Source of the DNA: Candidatus Izemoplasmatales bacterium | GTDB taxonomy: Bacteria; Bacillota_I; Bacilli_A; Izemoplasmatales; Hujiaoplasmataceae | Length of the DNA: 64,000 nt | Reading direction: 5' to 3' | Assembly (NCBI GenBank): GCA_050949045.1 | Contig: JBMNEZ010000001.1 | Coordinates: 1,216,001-1,280,000, forward strand | Part shown: piece by piece, positions 1 to 9,227 of the stretch | Position numbering within the stretch: the first letter of the stretch is position 1 | Layout of the letters: the number at the start of each line of letters is the position of its first letter | The notes under the pieces: generated by a model | Databases searched by the model: none | Told to the model about the DNA's origin: nothing | The model's input: the letters and a program-made list of their open reading frames with translations, nothing else | Position numbers and translations under genes: made by a program

Positions 1-346
1 TTGGTTCTCCGCGGGCGCTTTTGTCGCTTTGATAATCGCGATTTTCTTCCCAGAACAATATATTGTACAAATTATAGTGTTCCTGATTGTGTCATTATTG
101 CTTCTTCTCGGTTTAAGGCCATTATTTAAAAAGTATATCCGGAAAAACGAAATCAAGACAAACGCCGACAAGTTGATCGGAAAAGTGGCGATTTGCACTA
201 AGACGATCCCTGACGGCGAGCGCGGCGAAGTCAAAATCGACGGGAAGATCTGGACTGCGATCGCCAATGAAGCCATTGAAGTAAACACCAGAGTGGAGGT
301 TTTGGCCATTGATGGCGTCAAACTCGTGGTCAAGAAAATTCAATGA
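1..346 (+). CDS. NfeD/YbbJ-like membrane protein with C-terminal OB fold (5' end outside window)
   Basis: Frame open from position 2 (WFSAGAFVAL...); hydrophobic N-part, then LIGKVA...GEVKIDGKIWTA...VEVLAIDGVKLVV; upstream of an SPFH gene. Confidence 0.85.
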   Translation, partial: WFSAGAFVALIIAIFFPEQYIVQIIVFLIVSLLLLLGLRPLFKKYIRKNEIKTNADKLIGKVAICTKTIPDGERGEVKIDGKIWTAIANEAIEVNTRVEVLAIDGVKLVVKKIQ

Positions 347-1011
347 ATGCCGGTTTCTTAAGGCGGGCTTTTTCCTCGCTAACTGATATTTTGATTGTAG
401 TTCTCGTGGTTTATCTAACCTTTTTGTTGTTTGGTAAATTGATTCTTCGCAAGCAAGTTGATCATTTTGCGGAATTGCATACCCCGTATCAAGAAATGTT
501 AGATGTTTATAATGAGGATTTAAACGCCATCAGCGAGGAATATACTGCGGCGATGACCCTGGCTGGCGACGACGAAGCATTGAAGGCGGAAGCTCAAAGA
601 GTCCATCAATTGAAAGCGCAAATCCTTGAAATGCAAAACACCACCGATATTGAATCGTTCAATCGCGAATTATCCAGATATTTTCTATCTATTATTTATT
701 ACTTTGCATTAGGTTTTATAATTCTTATGACCATTTATGCGCTTGCATTTAAAGGAAAAACGCTGGGGCGAAAGATCATGCAAGTAAAATTAGAAGGCCC
801 CGTTAATTCTATCAGCGTCTTCTTCCATGATATTGTTTTCAAGTATTTCTTTGTGATCGTTGTTTTCATTGTCAGCCCTTATGGAGGCTTCGTGCTGTTG
901 TTCCTTTCTGTGATTATTGATCTCATTCTGATTTCTCTCACCAGAAGAAAGGCCACTTTGCGCGATATCCTGCTAAAAATCGATGTAGTGAAAACCGGAT
1001 ACGGATATTAA
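343..1011 (+). CDS. RDD family membrane protein
   Basis: AGFLRRAFSSLTD N-motif, GKTLGRKIM, C-terminal TLRDIL; ATGA overlap with NfeD gene. Confidence 0.75.
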   Translation: MNAGFLRRAFSSLTDILIVVLVVYLTFLLFGKLILRKQVDHFAELHTPYQEMLDVYNEDLNAISEEYTAAMTLAGDDEALKAEAQRVHQLKAQILEMQNTTDIESFNRELSRYFLSIIYYFALGFIILMTIYALAFKGKTLGRKIMQVKLEGPVNSISVFFHDIVFKYFFVIVVFIVSPYGGFVLLFLSVIIDLILISLTRRKATLRDILLKIDVVKTGYGY

Positions 1012-1041
1012 CAATAAAGATTATATATAAGGAGGAAAAAC

Positions 1042-2001
1042 ATGTTTCAACTACTATTTCTTGACATTAGTGTTCCCGGTTTGATAGCTTTGATCATTGT
1101 ATTAGTAATTATTCTTGTTTACGTCGGCTCCAGAATCAAAATCGTTCCACAAGCAACCCAGTATGTTATCGAGCGCTGGGGCAGTTATCACACCACTTGG
1201 AATGCGGGGTTGCATTTCTTGTTGCCGTTCTTCGAGAGAATTAAGCGGACCTACACCGTAAACGGGCAAATCACCGACCACATCATCTTAAAAGAACAAG
1301 TCCTTGACTTCCCGCCGCAAGCAGTCATTACCAAAGATAACGTGACCATGCAAATTGATACTGTTGTCTTTCTACAAATTACCGATTCTAAACAATTTAT
1401 CTATGGCGCTGAGAATCCCGGGCTTTTGATTGAACATTTGACGGCGACAACACTTCGTAATATCATCGGCGAACTCGAACTTGACCAAACACTTACCAGC
1501 CGCGACCTGATCAACGAGAGAATGCGCTTCATTCTCGATGAGGCAACTGACCCGTGGGGCATCAAAATTAACCGCGTCGAACTCAAAAACATCATTCCTC
1601 CGAAAGAAATCCGCGAAGCGATGGAAAAGCAAATGCGCGCCGAGCGTGAACGCCGTGAAGCGATTTTGATCGCCGAAGGAAAGAAGGCCGCTAACATTCT
1701 TGAAGCCGAAGGCGAAAAGTCCGCCGCTATCTTGAGAGCGGAAGCCAAGAAAGAAGCCGCCATCCGCGAAGCGGAAGGCCAGGCAGAAGCGATTATCAAA
1801 GTCCAACAAGCGACCGCTAAAGGCATCCAACTAATCCGCGAGGCGAAAGCCGACAAGGCAGTGCTCACAATCGAAGCCTACAAAACTCTCGAAAAGGTAG
1901 CCAATGGGCAGGCCACTAAGATTATCATTCCTTCAGAATTGCAGAGCATCGTCGGAATGGCAAGCGGGCTTATCGAAGCTTTGAAAGAACCAAAGAAATA
2001 A
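1042..2001 (+). CDS. SPFH/stomatin (QmcA-like) protein
   Basis: VITKDNV, TTLRNIIG, WGIKINRVELKNI, AMEKQMRAERERR; AAGGAGG RBS. Confidence 0.93.
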   Translation: MFQLLFLDISVPGLIALIIVLVIILVYVGSRIKIVPQATQYVIERWGSYHTTWNAGLHFLLPFFERIKRTYTVNGQITDHIILKEQVLDFPPQAVITKDNVTMQIDTVVFLQITDSKQFIYGAENPGLLIEHLTATTLRNIIGELELDQTLTSRDLINERMRFILDEATDPWGIKINRVELKNIIPPKEIREAMEKQMRAERERREAILIAEGKKAANILEAEGEKSAAILRAEAKKEAAIREAEGQAEAIIKVQQATAKGIQLIREAKADKAVLTIEAYKTLEKVANGQATKIIIPSELQSIVGMASGLIEALKEPKK

Positions 2002-2010
2002 ACCGTTATA

Positions 2011-2047
2011 AAAAGAGCCGAACTCGCTATTGAGTTCGGTTTTTTTA
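2011..2047. terminator. Intrinsic terminator, probably bidirectional
   Basis: CCGAACTC-gctatt-GAGTTCGG stem with A-tract before and T-tract after, between convergent SPFH gene and asnS. Confidence 0.8.
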
Positions 2048-2150
2048 ATGCACAAGCTTTGATAATGACCCAACAAGAGTGATTGAAACCTATTTGAGCA
2101 GTACAATCCGGGTCAAGTCGATAACTAGGTGTCAGATGATATGATAATGT

Positions 2151-3533
2151 TTAAAACTCGCAGTTTTTCGGAGTTCTTGGAAAAGGGATGACATCGCGGA
2201 TATTATCGATTCCGGTCAGATACATGATCATCCGCTCAAGGCCAAGGCCAAAACCAGAATGGGGAACACCGCCGTAGCGCCTGAGATCAAGATACCACCA
2301 GAGTGGATCTTTGTCTACTTTCATGGTGCGCATCCGTGATTCCAAGACTTCCAGTCTTTCTTCCCTTTGCGATCCGCCGATAAGTTCTCCCGCCCCTGGA
2401 ACAAGTAGATCCATCGCCGCGACAGTATCCCCATCATCATTCAGGCGCATATAGAACGCTTTGATTTCCTTTGGCCAATCGATCACAAAGACTGGTCCAT
2501 CAAAATGGCGAGTTAAGTACTTCTCGTGTTCGGTCGCTAAGTCATCGCTGTAACTTGGTTCATTGGCAAATTTTTCTTTGCTTTCTTTGAGGATTTTGAT
2601 CGCGTCCCGATGCGTGACGCTTGCAAATTTTGATTGCATAACCTTTGTCAGTTTTTCGATTAGCCCTCTTTCGATGAAAGCCTCAAAGAAAGCGATTTCC
2701 TCGCTGCATTTGCTCATGGTTTCCTTAATCAGAAACTTAACCATTTCTTCGGCGATCTCCATGTTTTTCTTTAGATCGCAAAAAGCGATTTCCGGTTCGA
2801 TCATCCAAAATTCGGATGCGTGTCTTTGGGTATTGGAATTCTCCGCCCTGAACGTCGGCCCAAACGTATAAACTTTCCGGAAGGCTAATGCATACGCTTC
2901 TGCCTGCAGTTGTCCCGAAACCGTCAGATTGGTCGCCTTTCCGAAAAAGTCATTTTCATAATCGACAGGTCCCTTGCCAATAAGTTTGTCAAAGTCAAGC
3001 GTTGTGACTTTGAACATCTCGCCTGCACCTTCCGCATCGGAACCGGTGATGATGGGGGTGTGAACATAGATGAACCCCCGGTCTTGAAAGAACGTGTGAA
3101 TGGCGTGGGAAACAACAGAGCGCACTCGAAACACCGCTTGAAAGAGGTTTGTTCTCATTCTGAGGTGGGCATTTTCGCGTAAATATTCCCGCGTATGTCT
3201 TTTCGGCTGGATCGGATAATATTCGGGACAATTGCCAATAAGCGTGATTGTCTGGGCTTTGATCTCAAACGGCTGTTTCATCAACGGAGTCAAAACCAGC
3301 GAGCCTTTTACCGTTATTGATGATCCCACTCGATATTTTTGAATATCTTTGAAGTTTGTAGTCGTGTCTTCCTCGTAAACAACCTGAACACTCGCAAAAC
3401 AGGTTCCATCGTGAAGATCGATGAACCCATGCTCTTTTTGAGCACGGTTGTTTCTGATCCATCCGCTCACGGTTAAGTTTTGAATTTTTGTTTCTTGGTA
3501 ACTTTTGAACAATTCATTGATTGTTGTTTCCAT
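2151..3533 (-). CDS. asnS: Asparagine--tRNA ligase
   Basis: LTVSGQL, FGPTFRAENSNT.RH, GELIGGSQREER, PHSGFGLGLER. Confidence 0.97.
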   Translation of the reverse strand: METTINELFKSYQETKIQNLTVSGWIRNNRAQKEHGFIDLHDGTCFASVQVVYEEDTTTNFKDIQKYRVGSSITVKGSLVLTPLMKQPFEIKAQTITLIGNCPEYYPIQPKRHTREYLRENAHLRMRTNLFQAVFRVRSVVSHAIHTFFQDRGFIYVHTPIITGSDAEGAGEMFKVTTLDFDKLIGKGPVDYENDFFGKATNLTVSGQLQAEAYALAFRKVYTFGPTFRAENSNTQRHASEFWMIEPEIAFCDLKKNMEIAEEMVKFLIKETMSKCSEEIAFFEAFIERGLIEKLTKVMQSKFASVTHRDAIKILKESKEKFANEPSYSDDLATEHEKYLTRHFDGPVFVIDWPKEIKAFYMRLNDDGDTVAAMDLLVPGAGELIGGSQREERLEVLESRMRTMKVDKDPLWWYLDLRRYGGVPHSGFGLGLERMIMYLTGIDNIRDVIPFPRTPKNCEF

Positions 3534-3547
3534 GATCTCCCTCTTTC

Positions 3548-3770
3548 AAAAAATAAAATCGTCCCTAAATAAAGGACGAAACATCTCCGTGGTACCACCT
3601 TAATTCCGGCATTGCCGGCGCTTGAAGCCCTTAACGCGGACCGACGTCCAGTTCTACTATAATTTCTTCTGTCTCTCCCGGTGTTTTTCAAACACGCTTA
3701 TGGTTAAGGCTTCCACCGTCCCTTAATCGCTTTTGCCGTCAACGTGTTTTAATCGTCCGTTCTTCGATTT
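3548..3770 (-). ncRNA. T-box riboswitch, Asn specifier
   Basis: Minus strand: AGCGA and GGTGGAA stem-I motifs, GAAAAAC specifier loop with AAC (3683-3685), T-box AAGGTGGTACCACGG (3587-3601), terminator TCGTCCT..AGGGACGA plus U-tract before asnS. Confidence 0.9.
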
Positions 3771-3776
3771 ATCATC

Positions 3777-3804
3777 ATTATATCACAAATGTCCAGTTTG
3801 TAAA
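3777..3804 (-). promoter_or_regulatory. SigA promoter of asnS leader
   Basis: TTTACA-16 nt-TATAAT with TGTG extended -10. Confidence 0.7.
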
Positions 3805-3854
3805 CTGAGGCTATTCATTTATAATAAATAACCGACCAAATCGGCCGGTTATAT

Positions 3855-4805
3855 TTATTGAAACAGAGATGAGAGTGCTTGATCGTCAATGATGTTGATG
3901 ATGCCTTGACCGATGAGCTCGGCGATCGATAACTGAACCAATTTGGGAAAATGTTTGTCTTCGGAAAGTTCGATCGTATCTGTGCAGACCACTTCTTTGA
4001 TTGGAGCCTCTTGGAGCTTTTTAATTGCGTCTCCTGAGAACAGCGGGTGCGTGCAACAAGCGTAAACCTCCTTGGCTCCAGCTTCTTTCAGGGCTTTTGA
4101 GGCGGCCGCCATTGAACCGGCGGTATCGATCATATCGTCAAAAAGGATGCAGTTCTTTCCTTTGACCTGGCCGATGATATTCATCACTTCGGCGACGTTC
4201 GGCTCGGGACGCGTCTTGTCAATGATCGCTATCGGCGTCGAGAGCGCGTCCGCCAACGTTCTGGCACGGGCCACTCCGCCATGATCCGGGGATACGACCA
4301 CGAGATCCGACAAGTTTTTTTGTTTCATATATCTGGCAATGATCGGCAGCGAACGGAAGTTATCAATAGGGATGTCGAAGAATCCTTGAATCTGAGCAGC
4401 ATGAAGATCCATGCAAATTACCCTAGTTGCGCCGCTGACTTGCAGTAAATCGGCAATCAACTTGGCGGAAATAGGCTGTCTGGCCTTGGCTTTCCGGTCT
4501 TGCCTTGAATACCCGTAATAAGGAATAACAACATTGATTTCTCTGGCAGATGCTCTTTTCAAGGCGTCTATCATAATGAGCAACTCCATGATGTGCTCGT
4601 TGACCGGGCTGTTGGTCGATTGGATGACAAACACCTTGTGCCCTCTGACTGTTTCGGGTATGTTGATGTTGATTTCGCCGTCAGCGAAACGGGTCACTTC
4701 GGATATCGAAAGTGGAATCCCCATGTAATCAGCGATGTCCTTTGCTAATTTTTTGTTTGAGCTGAGCGCGAAGATCTTGACCTTTGATCCATGAAAGACT
4801 GCCAT
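3855..4805 (-). CDS. prs: Ribose-phosphate pyrophosphokinase
   Basis: [44 protein letters not shown]; start moved to ATG at 4805. Confidence 0.97.
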   Translation of the reverse strand: MAVFHGSKVKIFALSSNKKLAKDIADYMGIPLSISEVTRFADGEININIPETVRGHKVFVIQSTNSPVNEHIMELLIMIDALKRASAREINVVIPYYGYSRQDRKAKARQPISAKLIADLLQVSGATRVICMDLHAAQIQGFFDIPIDNFRSLPIIARYMKQKNLSDLVVVSPDHGGVARARTLADALSTPIAIIDKTRPEPNVAEVMNIIGQVKGKNCILFDDMIDTAGSMAAASKALKEAGAKEVYACCTHPLFSGDAIKKLQEAPIKEVVCTDTIELSEDKHFPKLVQLSIAELIGQGIINIIDDQALSSLFQ

Positions 4806-4872
4806 CGATATCATCCATCCCAATTATATATGATCTGCTTATATGCCTATTATACATCATGACGTTGGATTT

Positions 4873-4899
4873 AAAAAGCGCCAACTTTGGAAAGTTGGC
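4873..4899 (-). terminator. Intrinsic terminator after spoVG
   Basis: GCCAACTT-4 nt-AAGTTGGC stem followed by T-tract on minus strand. Confidence 0.65.
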
Positions 4900-4920
4900 A
4901 CAGCGTTCGACAAAAAGATA

Positions 4921-5226
4921 TTATTCTTCTTTTTCTTCTTGTTTTTCTTCTTTTACTTCATCTTCTTTGAGTAATGGAAGTTTTTCAAAAGCCTCAAGCA
5001 CCGCTTTTTCAATCATACTCCTGGTTTCGGTATTGATAGGGTGTGCGACATCCTTAAATTCTCCGTTTGGCATCTTTCTGCTGGGCATAGCCACAAACAG
5101 ACCGTTTTTCCCTTCAATAACCCTGAGTTCATGAACAACGAAGCAATCATCAATGGTGATTGCCGCAATCCCAACCAAGCGGTTATCTCCGTTTACCCTT
5201 TTTGCACGAACTTCCGTTATCAACAT
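4921..5226 (-). CDS. spoVG: SpoVG nucleic-acid-binding regulator
   Basis: ITEVR, FVVHELRVIEGKNGLFVAMPSRK, FKDVAHPINTETR. Confidence 0.95.
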   Translation of the reverse strand: MLITEVRAKRVNGDNRLVGIAAITIDDCFVVHELRVIEGKNGLFVAMPSRKMPNGEFKDVAHPINTETRSMIEKAVLEAFEKLPLLKEDEVKEEKQEEKEE

Positions 5227-5293
5227 ATTCCCACCTCTTTAGCAAATTATATCATGTGACAAATTGATTTCCAATAGGGTTAATGAATATTAA

Positions 5294-6145
5294 TTATAAA
5301 AAATCAAAGAGCCCGACAAAATAGTTTTCGCCATTTTCAGCGATAAAATCAGTTATCCGTTTTTCGGTTTGCCTTATCATTTTGATGAATGTGGATCCGG
5401 TACCGCTCATAACCAATCCCATTTCCCCGAGACGCTTATTTAAATAATCATGAAACTCCTTAATTTTGGGATACTGATCAGTGACTATTTCTGTGAAAGC
5501 GTTATGTAACAATTCTGATATTTTATCGATATTCTTTTTAGCGATCGCTTCTTTGATCGGCATAATATCGGTATTGGCAAATTTAGTCTTTACGCCTAAT
5601 TCGAAGATTTTTTCAGTAGAAACAAAAATTTTGGGATTGATTAGCAGAGCTTTCCATGGTTTCAAATCAATGTCCAGTTCAGTGATAATCTCGCCAATCC
5701 CCTCGACAAGTGCAGGATAGTCGTAAAGGCAGTAAGGAATGTCCGCTCCGAATCTTAAGCCGAACTCGCTCATCTCCTCAATCGTCAAATTGAGCCCAAA
5801 CAATTTGTCAATGCCTTTGATGATAGCCGCCGCATCAGCCGAATTCCCCGCTAATCCGGCGCCAAAGGGGATGTTTTTCTCAATTTCGATTCGCACTCCT
5901 TCGGTTGGCACATACCGCCTGATCATTTCACTCGCAACATCATGAACGACGTTGTTTTGGTTGGAAAGAAACAAGTCGTTAGAGACGATAAGCGCCGTGC
6001 CCAGTACTTGTTCTTTCTTGATCTTGATCACGTCGTGAAGCGCGATTTTGGCGTTGATCATCTCAAGATTATGATAACCGTCCTTTCGCCTATCGAGAAC
6101 ATTCAAGAATAGGTTCACTTTCGCATACGCTTTTTCTTCGATCAT
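5294..6145 (-). CDS. ispE: 4-diphosphocytidyl-2-C-methyl-D-erythritol kinase
   Basis: AYAKVNLFL, DGYHNL, KNIPFGAGLAGNSADAAA, GADIPYCL, MSGTGST. Confidence 0.92.
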   Translation of the reverse strand: MIEEKAYAKVNLFLNVLDRRKDGYHNLEMINAKIALHDVIKIKKEQVLGTALIVSNDLFLSNQNNVVHDVASEMIRRYVPTEGVRIEIEKNIPFGAGLAGNSADAAAIIKGIDKLFGLNLTIEEMSEFGLRFGADIPYCLYDYPALVEGIGEIITELDIDLKPWKALLINPKIFVSTEKIFELGVKTKFANTDIMPIKEAIAKKNIDKISELLHNAFTEIVTDQYPKIKEFHDYLNKRLGEMGLVMSGTGSTFIKMIRQTEKRITDFIAENGENYFVGLFDFL

Positions 6146-6269
6146 TTTGAACCCCCATCTTCATGATTGTTGTTTTTGGTAAATAGATAACTTTTTATTC
6201 ATGTTATCCAAATCATTGCTTTCTTTCTTTAATTATAACCGATTTTTCGACTATCTCGCTTGTGGTTCC

Positions 6270-6291
6270 AAAAAAGCGGCTCCCGCTTTTT
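6270..6291. terminator. Intrinsic terminator after yolD-like gene
   Basis: AAAAAGCGG-ctc-CCGCTTTTT symmetric hairpin. Confidence 0.7.
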
Positions 6292-6319
6292 GTTTGTTCG
6301 GGATTCCGCTTTCATTGCC

Positions 6320-6646
6320 TCATATAACGATATCGATGATATCATTGGCGTTCAATTTCTCAAATGTTGACAAAACGATGCGCTTGTTTTGATAATCGAT
6401 GCTTTTGATACAACCGAAAGTATGCCTTATGTAACCGTCTTTATAATAACTGATTTCAACTTCTTTGTCTTTTTGAACTGCAAGCGCAAGTTTTTGATTC
6501 AGTTCATCATAAGCGTCTTCGCTCAAAACCGGCTTTTCTTTTTTCCCTAGCCGATATTTCAGTTCCTCAAGCATTGAGCTGTGACCGACCAAAGCATCGA
6601 ATGCGTTCCATTTGATGATACCGCGATCGATATAGGCGTTAGGCAT
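6320..6646 (-). CDS. YolD-like protein
   Basis: DRGIIKW, KPVLSED, VEISYYKDG; overlaps end of Y-family polymerase gene. Confidence 0.85.
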   Translation of the reverse strand: MPNAYIDRGIIKWNAFDALVGHSSMLEELKYRLGKKEKPVLSEDAYDELNQKLALAVQKDKEVEISYYKDGYIRHTFGCIKSIDYQNKRIVLSTFEKLNANDIIDIVI

Positions 6647-7904
6647 GATGGCCACCGATCATTTCGTTTCTTGCTTTGGCGGTTGAAAAAGGAAGTTCAG
6701 CCGAACTCCGGTTGATGCTGTTTTTGCCAAATCTGATTTTGATTTCATCCATCGCCGCGAATATTTGTTGTTCCTTGACGATCTTCTCGGCATCCTCAAA
6801 CAAATTGAACTGATAATCGTTTTTGTTTGTCAGATTGCCGACGCCGACATGAACGCGCCTTATGGCTTCATTTTCATAGTGTTTGTCAAAAAGTTTGCGG
6901 CAAGCTTGATAAATGATCGATTCGTTTGCGGTTGGCTGTTCGAGCTTTATTTGTCTTGCAAAGCCGCCGCCGGCGTCTTTACTGTAGGAAACGCCAAAGT
7001 GGACGGTCGCGGCGAGTTTATGGCTGATCCTTAGTCTTCTTGTGATATCGTCAACCATCTCGATGATGATCTGGTAGATCTCTGGTTTATAATAGTCGCG
7101 AAACAAAACCTGACTTGTGCCGTAACTTTTGCTTATCGGCTTGATTTTCAATTTGTCCTGAATCATGCTCATATCAATGCCGTGGGTGTGATAGTATAAT
7201 TCCTCGCCTAAGACGCCGAACCGGCGTTTCAGTTTACTCGGATCGCTAGCGGCGATATCGCCGATTTTGTAGAATCCCATTTTGTTCAAGCGGGCTTCCA
7301 TATTTCTGCCGACGCCCCACATTTTGCTTAGAGGTTTGACCGGCCATAGTTTTTCGGGAAGATCTTCATAGTTCCATTTAGCAATATAGTTTTTAGCGTT
7401 TTTGGATTCTAGATCAAGCGCCAATTTCGCCATCAACATATTTGCCCCGATACCACAACTTGAACATACTTTTGTTTCCTTATAGATTTCGTCCATGAGC
7501 ATTTTGGCTATTTCATAGTCGGTTTTTTTATAATATTCAAGATATTCCGTCAAATCAAGAAAAGTTTCGTCGATGGAATAAATATACATATCCTCTTCCG
7601 AGATGAACCGGAGATAGATTTCGATGATTTTGGTGGAATATTCAAGATATTTTTCCATTTGGGGTTTTCGAAAAATGATCTTGATATTTTTGGGCAATTC
7701 ATAGATTCGACAACGGTTGGGGACGCCTAGAGTTTTGAGATATGGCGATACGGCCAGTACGATCGAGCCGCCTCCGCGGGAATGATCGGCGACGACCAGT
7801 GGCGTTTCGAAGGGGTCCAAACCCAAAAGACTGCATTCAACGGATGCATAAAAGCTTTTTAGATCGATACAAATGATTTTGCGATGCAGTCTGTACTCTT
7901 CCAA
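6639..7904 (-). CDS. Y-family DNA polymerase (UvrX/YqjW/UmuC-like)
   Basis: CIDLKSFYASVEC, YSIDETFLD, MWGVG, C-terminal IGGHHA; TTG start at 7904 after AAAGGAGG. Confidence 0.92.
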   Translation of the reverse strand: MEEYRLHRKIICIDLKSFYASVECSLLGLDPFETPLVVADHSRGGGSIVLAVSPYLKTLGVPNRCRIYELPKNIKIIFRKPQMEKYLEYSTKIIEIYLRFISEEDMYIYSIDETFLDLTEYLEYYKKTDYEIAKMLMDEIYKETKVCSSCGIGANMLMAKLALDLESKNAKNYIAKWNYEDLPEKLWPVKPLSKMWGVGRNMEARLNKMGFYKIGDIAASDPSKLKRRFGVLGEELYYHTHGIDMSMIQDKLKIKPISKSYGTSQVLFRDYYKPEIYQIIIEMVDDITRRLRISHKLAATVHFGVSYSKDAGGGFARQIKLEQPTANESIIYQACRKLFDKHYENEAIRRVHVGVGNLTNKNDYQFNLFEDAEKIVKEQQIFAAMDEIKIRFGKNSINRSSAELPFSTAKARNEMIGGHHA

Positions 7905-8090
7905 GGCTGCCCCTCCTTTTTTGTTGATTATTATATCTTTTTTGACAGGCAAAATAAATGCTTGAAACAAGATTTTATAATGAAAACGTCATCGCTCTGA
8001 AAAAACAAAAGACGGATGTTTGGACCGTCGTTTGCTTGCATTGAAAATAACGCTTGCGATGCTTGTTTTTATACTGAAAACTAACAAGAA

Positions 8091-8354
8091 TCATTTGTCA
8101 TATTTAGCAAAGGGGTCGTCTTCGGCTTTGTTTTTTTCTTTTTCTTTTTGAATCCTTTCCATAACCACTTTTTTTGGTTCAACTACAATTGCCATGATTA
8201 AATAGGCGATCAGCCCGCCTCCGGCCACAAAGAGCGCGATGATCCACAAAACTCTAATCAAGGTGACGTCGACATCAAAATAATCGGCAAGACCAGCACA
8301 AACTCCGGCGATTTTCTTGTTGTCTGTATCTCTGTATAGCCTTCTTTTTTCCAT
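8091..8354 (-). CDS. PspC domain protein
   Basis: RLYRD..KKIAGVCAGLADYF..D.TLIRV plus one TM segment. Confidence 0.9.
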   Translation of the reverse strand: MEKRRLYRDTDNKKIAGVCAGLADYFDVDVTLIRVLWIIALFVAGGGLIAYLIMAIVVEPKKVVMERIQKEKEKNKAEDDPFAKYDK

Positions 8355-8399
8355 TTGAGATATCCTTTCTTGTTTAAATATATGGTTTATTGAATTTAA

Positions 8400-9227
8400 T
8401 TATAATCTTTCAACGATTTGTGTAAGCAGTTTTCCAAGAGTGTTTGCAATCTGTGCACCGATAGTCAACACTTCCTCGTGGGAAAGTTTTACTTCGCTGA
8501 TGCCCGTGGCCATATTGGTCACGGAGGCGATGCCTAAGACTTTGATGCCGGCGTGTCTCGCAACGATTACTTCCGGAACCGTCGACATGCCGATAAGATC
8601 TCCTCCCATTGCCCGATATGCTTTGATTTCGGCTTTTGTCTCATAACTCGGTCCAAGATAACTAACATAAACCCCCTGATTCAATTCAATGTTGTTTTCT
8701 TTCGCAACCGCTTTGGCGATATCATTCAATTCTTTGTTGTACGGCTCGCTCATATCAAAGAATCTTGGGCCTATATAATCTTGATTATCGCCTTCCATCG
8801 GATTTTTGCCCATCATATTAATGTGGTCGGTGATCAGCGCCATGGTGCCTGGTTTGATTTTGTCAACCATTGACCCGCAGGCATTGGTGAGAATGAGCAC
8901 CTTGACGCCAAGAAGCGCAAACAACTGGATTGGAAAGCGCATTTCTTCGTTGGTACACCCTTCATAGTAATGGTTGCGCCCTTGCATACAATATATGCTT
9001 TTTCCTTTAACGGTTCCGATCGATAGCACGCCTTTGTGTCCTGAAATGCTTGCGGCTCGAAAATGAGGGATGTCCGCATAGGGGATGTCGATACGATCTT
9101 TGATTAACTTCGCAAAGGCTCCCAATCCAGAACCAAGAATGATCAGAATTTCCGGATTGAAGGTGCTTTTTGCCTTGATAAAGCGAATCGCCTCGTCAAA
9201 TTTGTTTTTCGAATTATTCATTATCAT
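8400..9227 (-). CDS. punA: Purine-nucleoside phosphorylase (trimeric type)
   Basis: ILGSGLG, QGRNHYYEG, LTNACG, GPSYETKAE, GMSTVPE, LSHEEV. Confidence 0.92.
   Translation of the reverse strand: MIMNNSKNKFDEAIRFIKAKSTFNPEILIILGSGLGAFAKLIKDRIDIPYADIPHFRAASISGHKGVLSIGTVKGKSIYCMQGRNHYYEGCTNEEMRFPIQLFALLGVKVLILTNACGSMVDKIKPGTMALITDHINMMGKNPMEGDNQDYIGPRFFDMSEPYNKELNDIAKAVAKENNIELNQGVYVSYLGPSYETKAEIKAYRAMGGDLIGMSTVPEVIVARHAGIKVLGIASVTNMATGISEVKLSHEEVLTIGAQIANTLGKLLTQIVERL

Noticed and set aside
3473..3691. 72-aa ORF upstream of asnS
   Set aside because: Coincides with the T-box leader RNA
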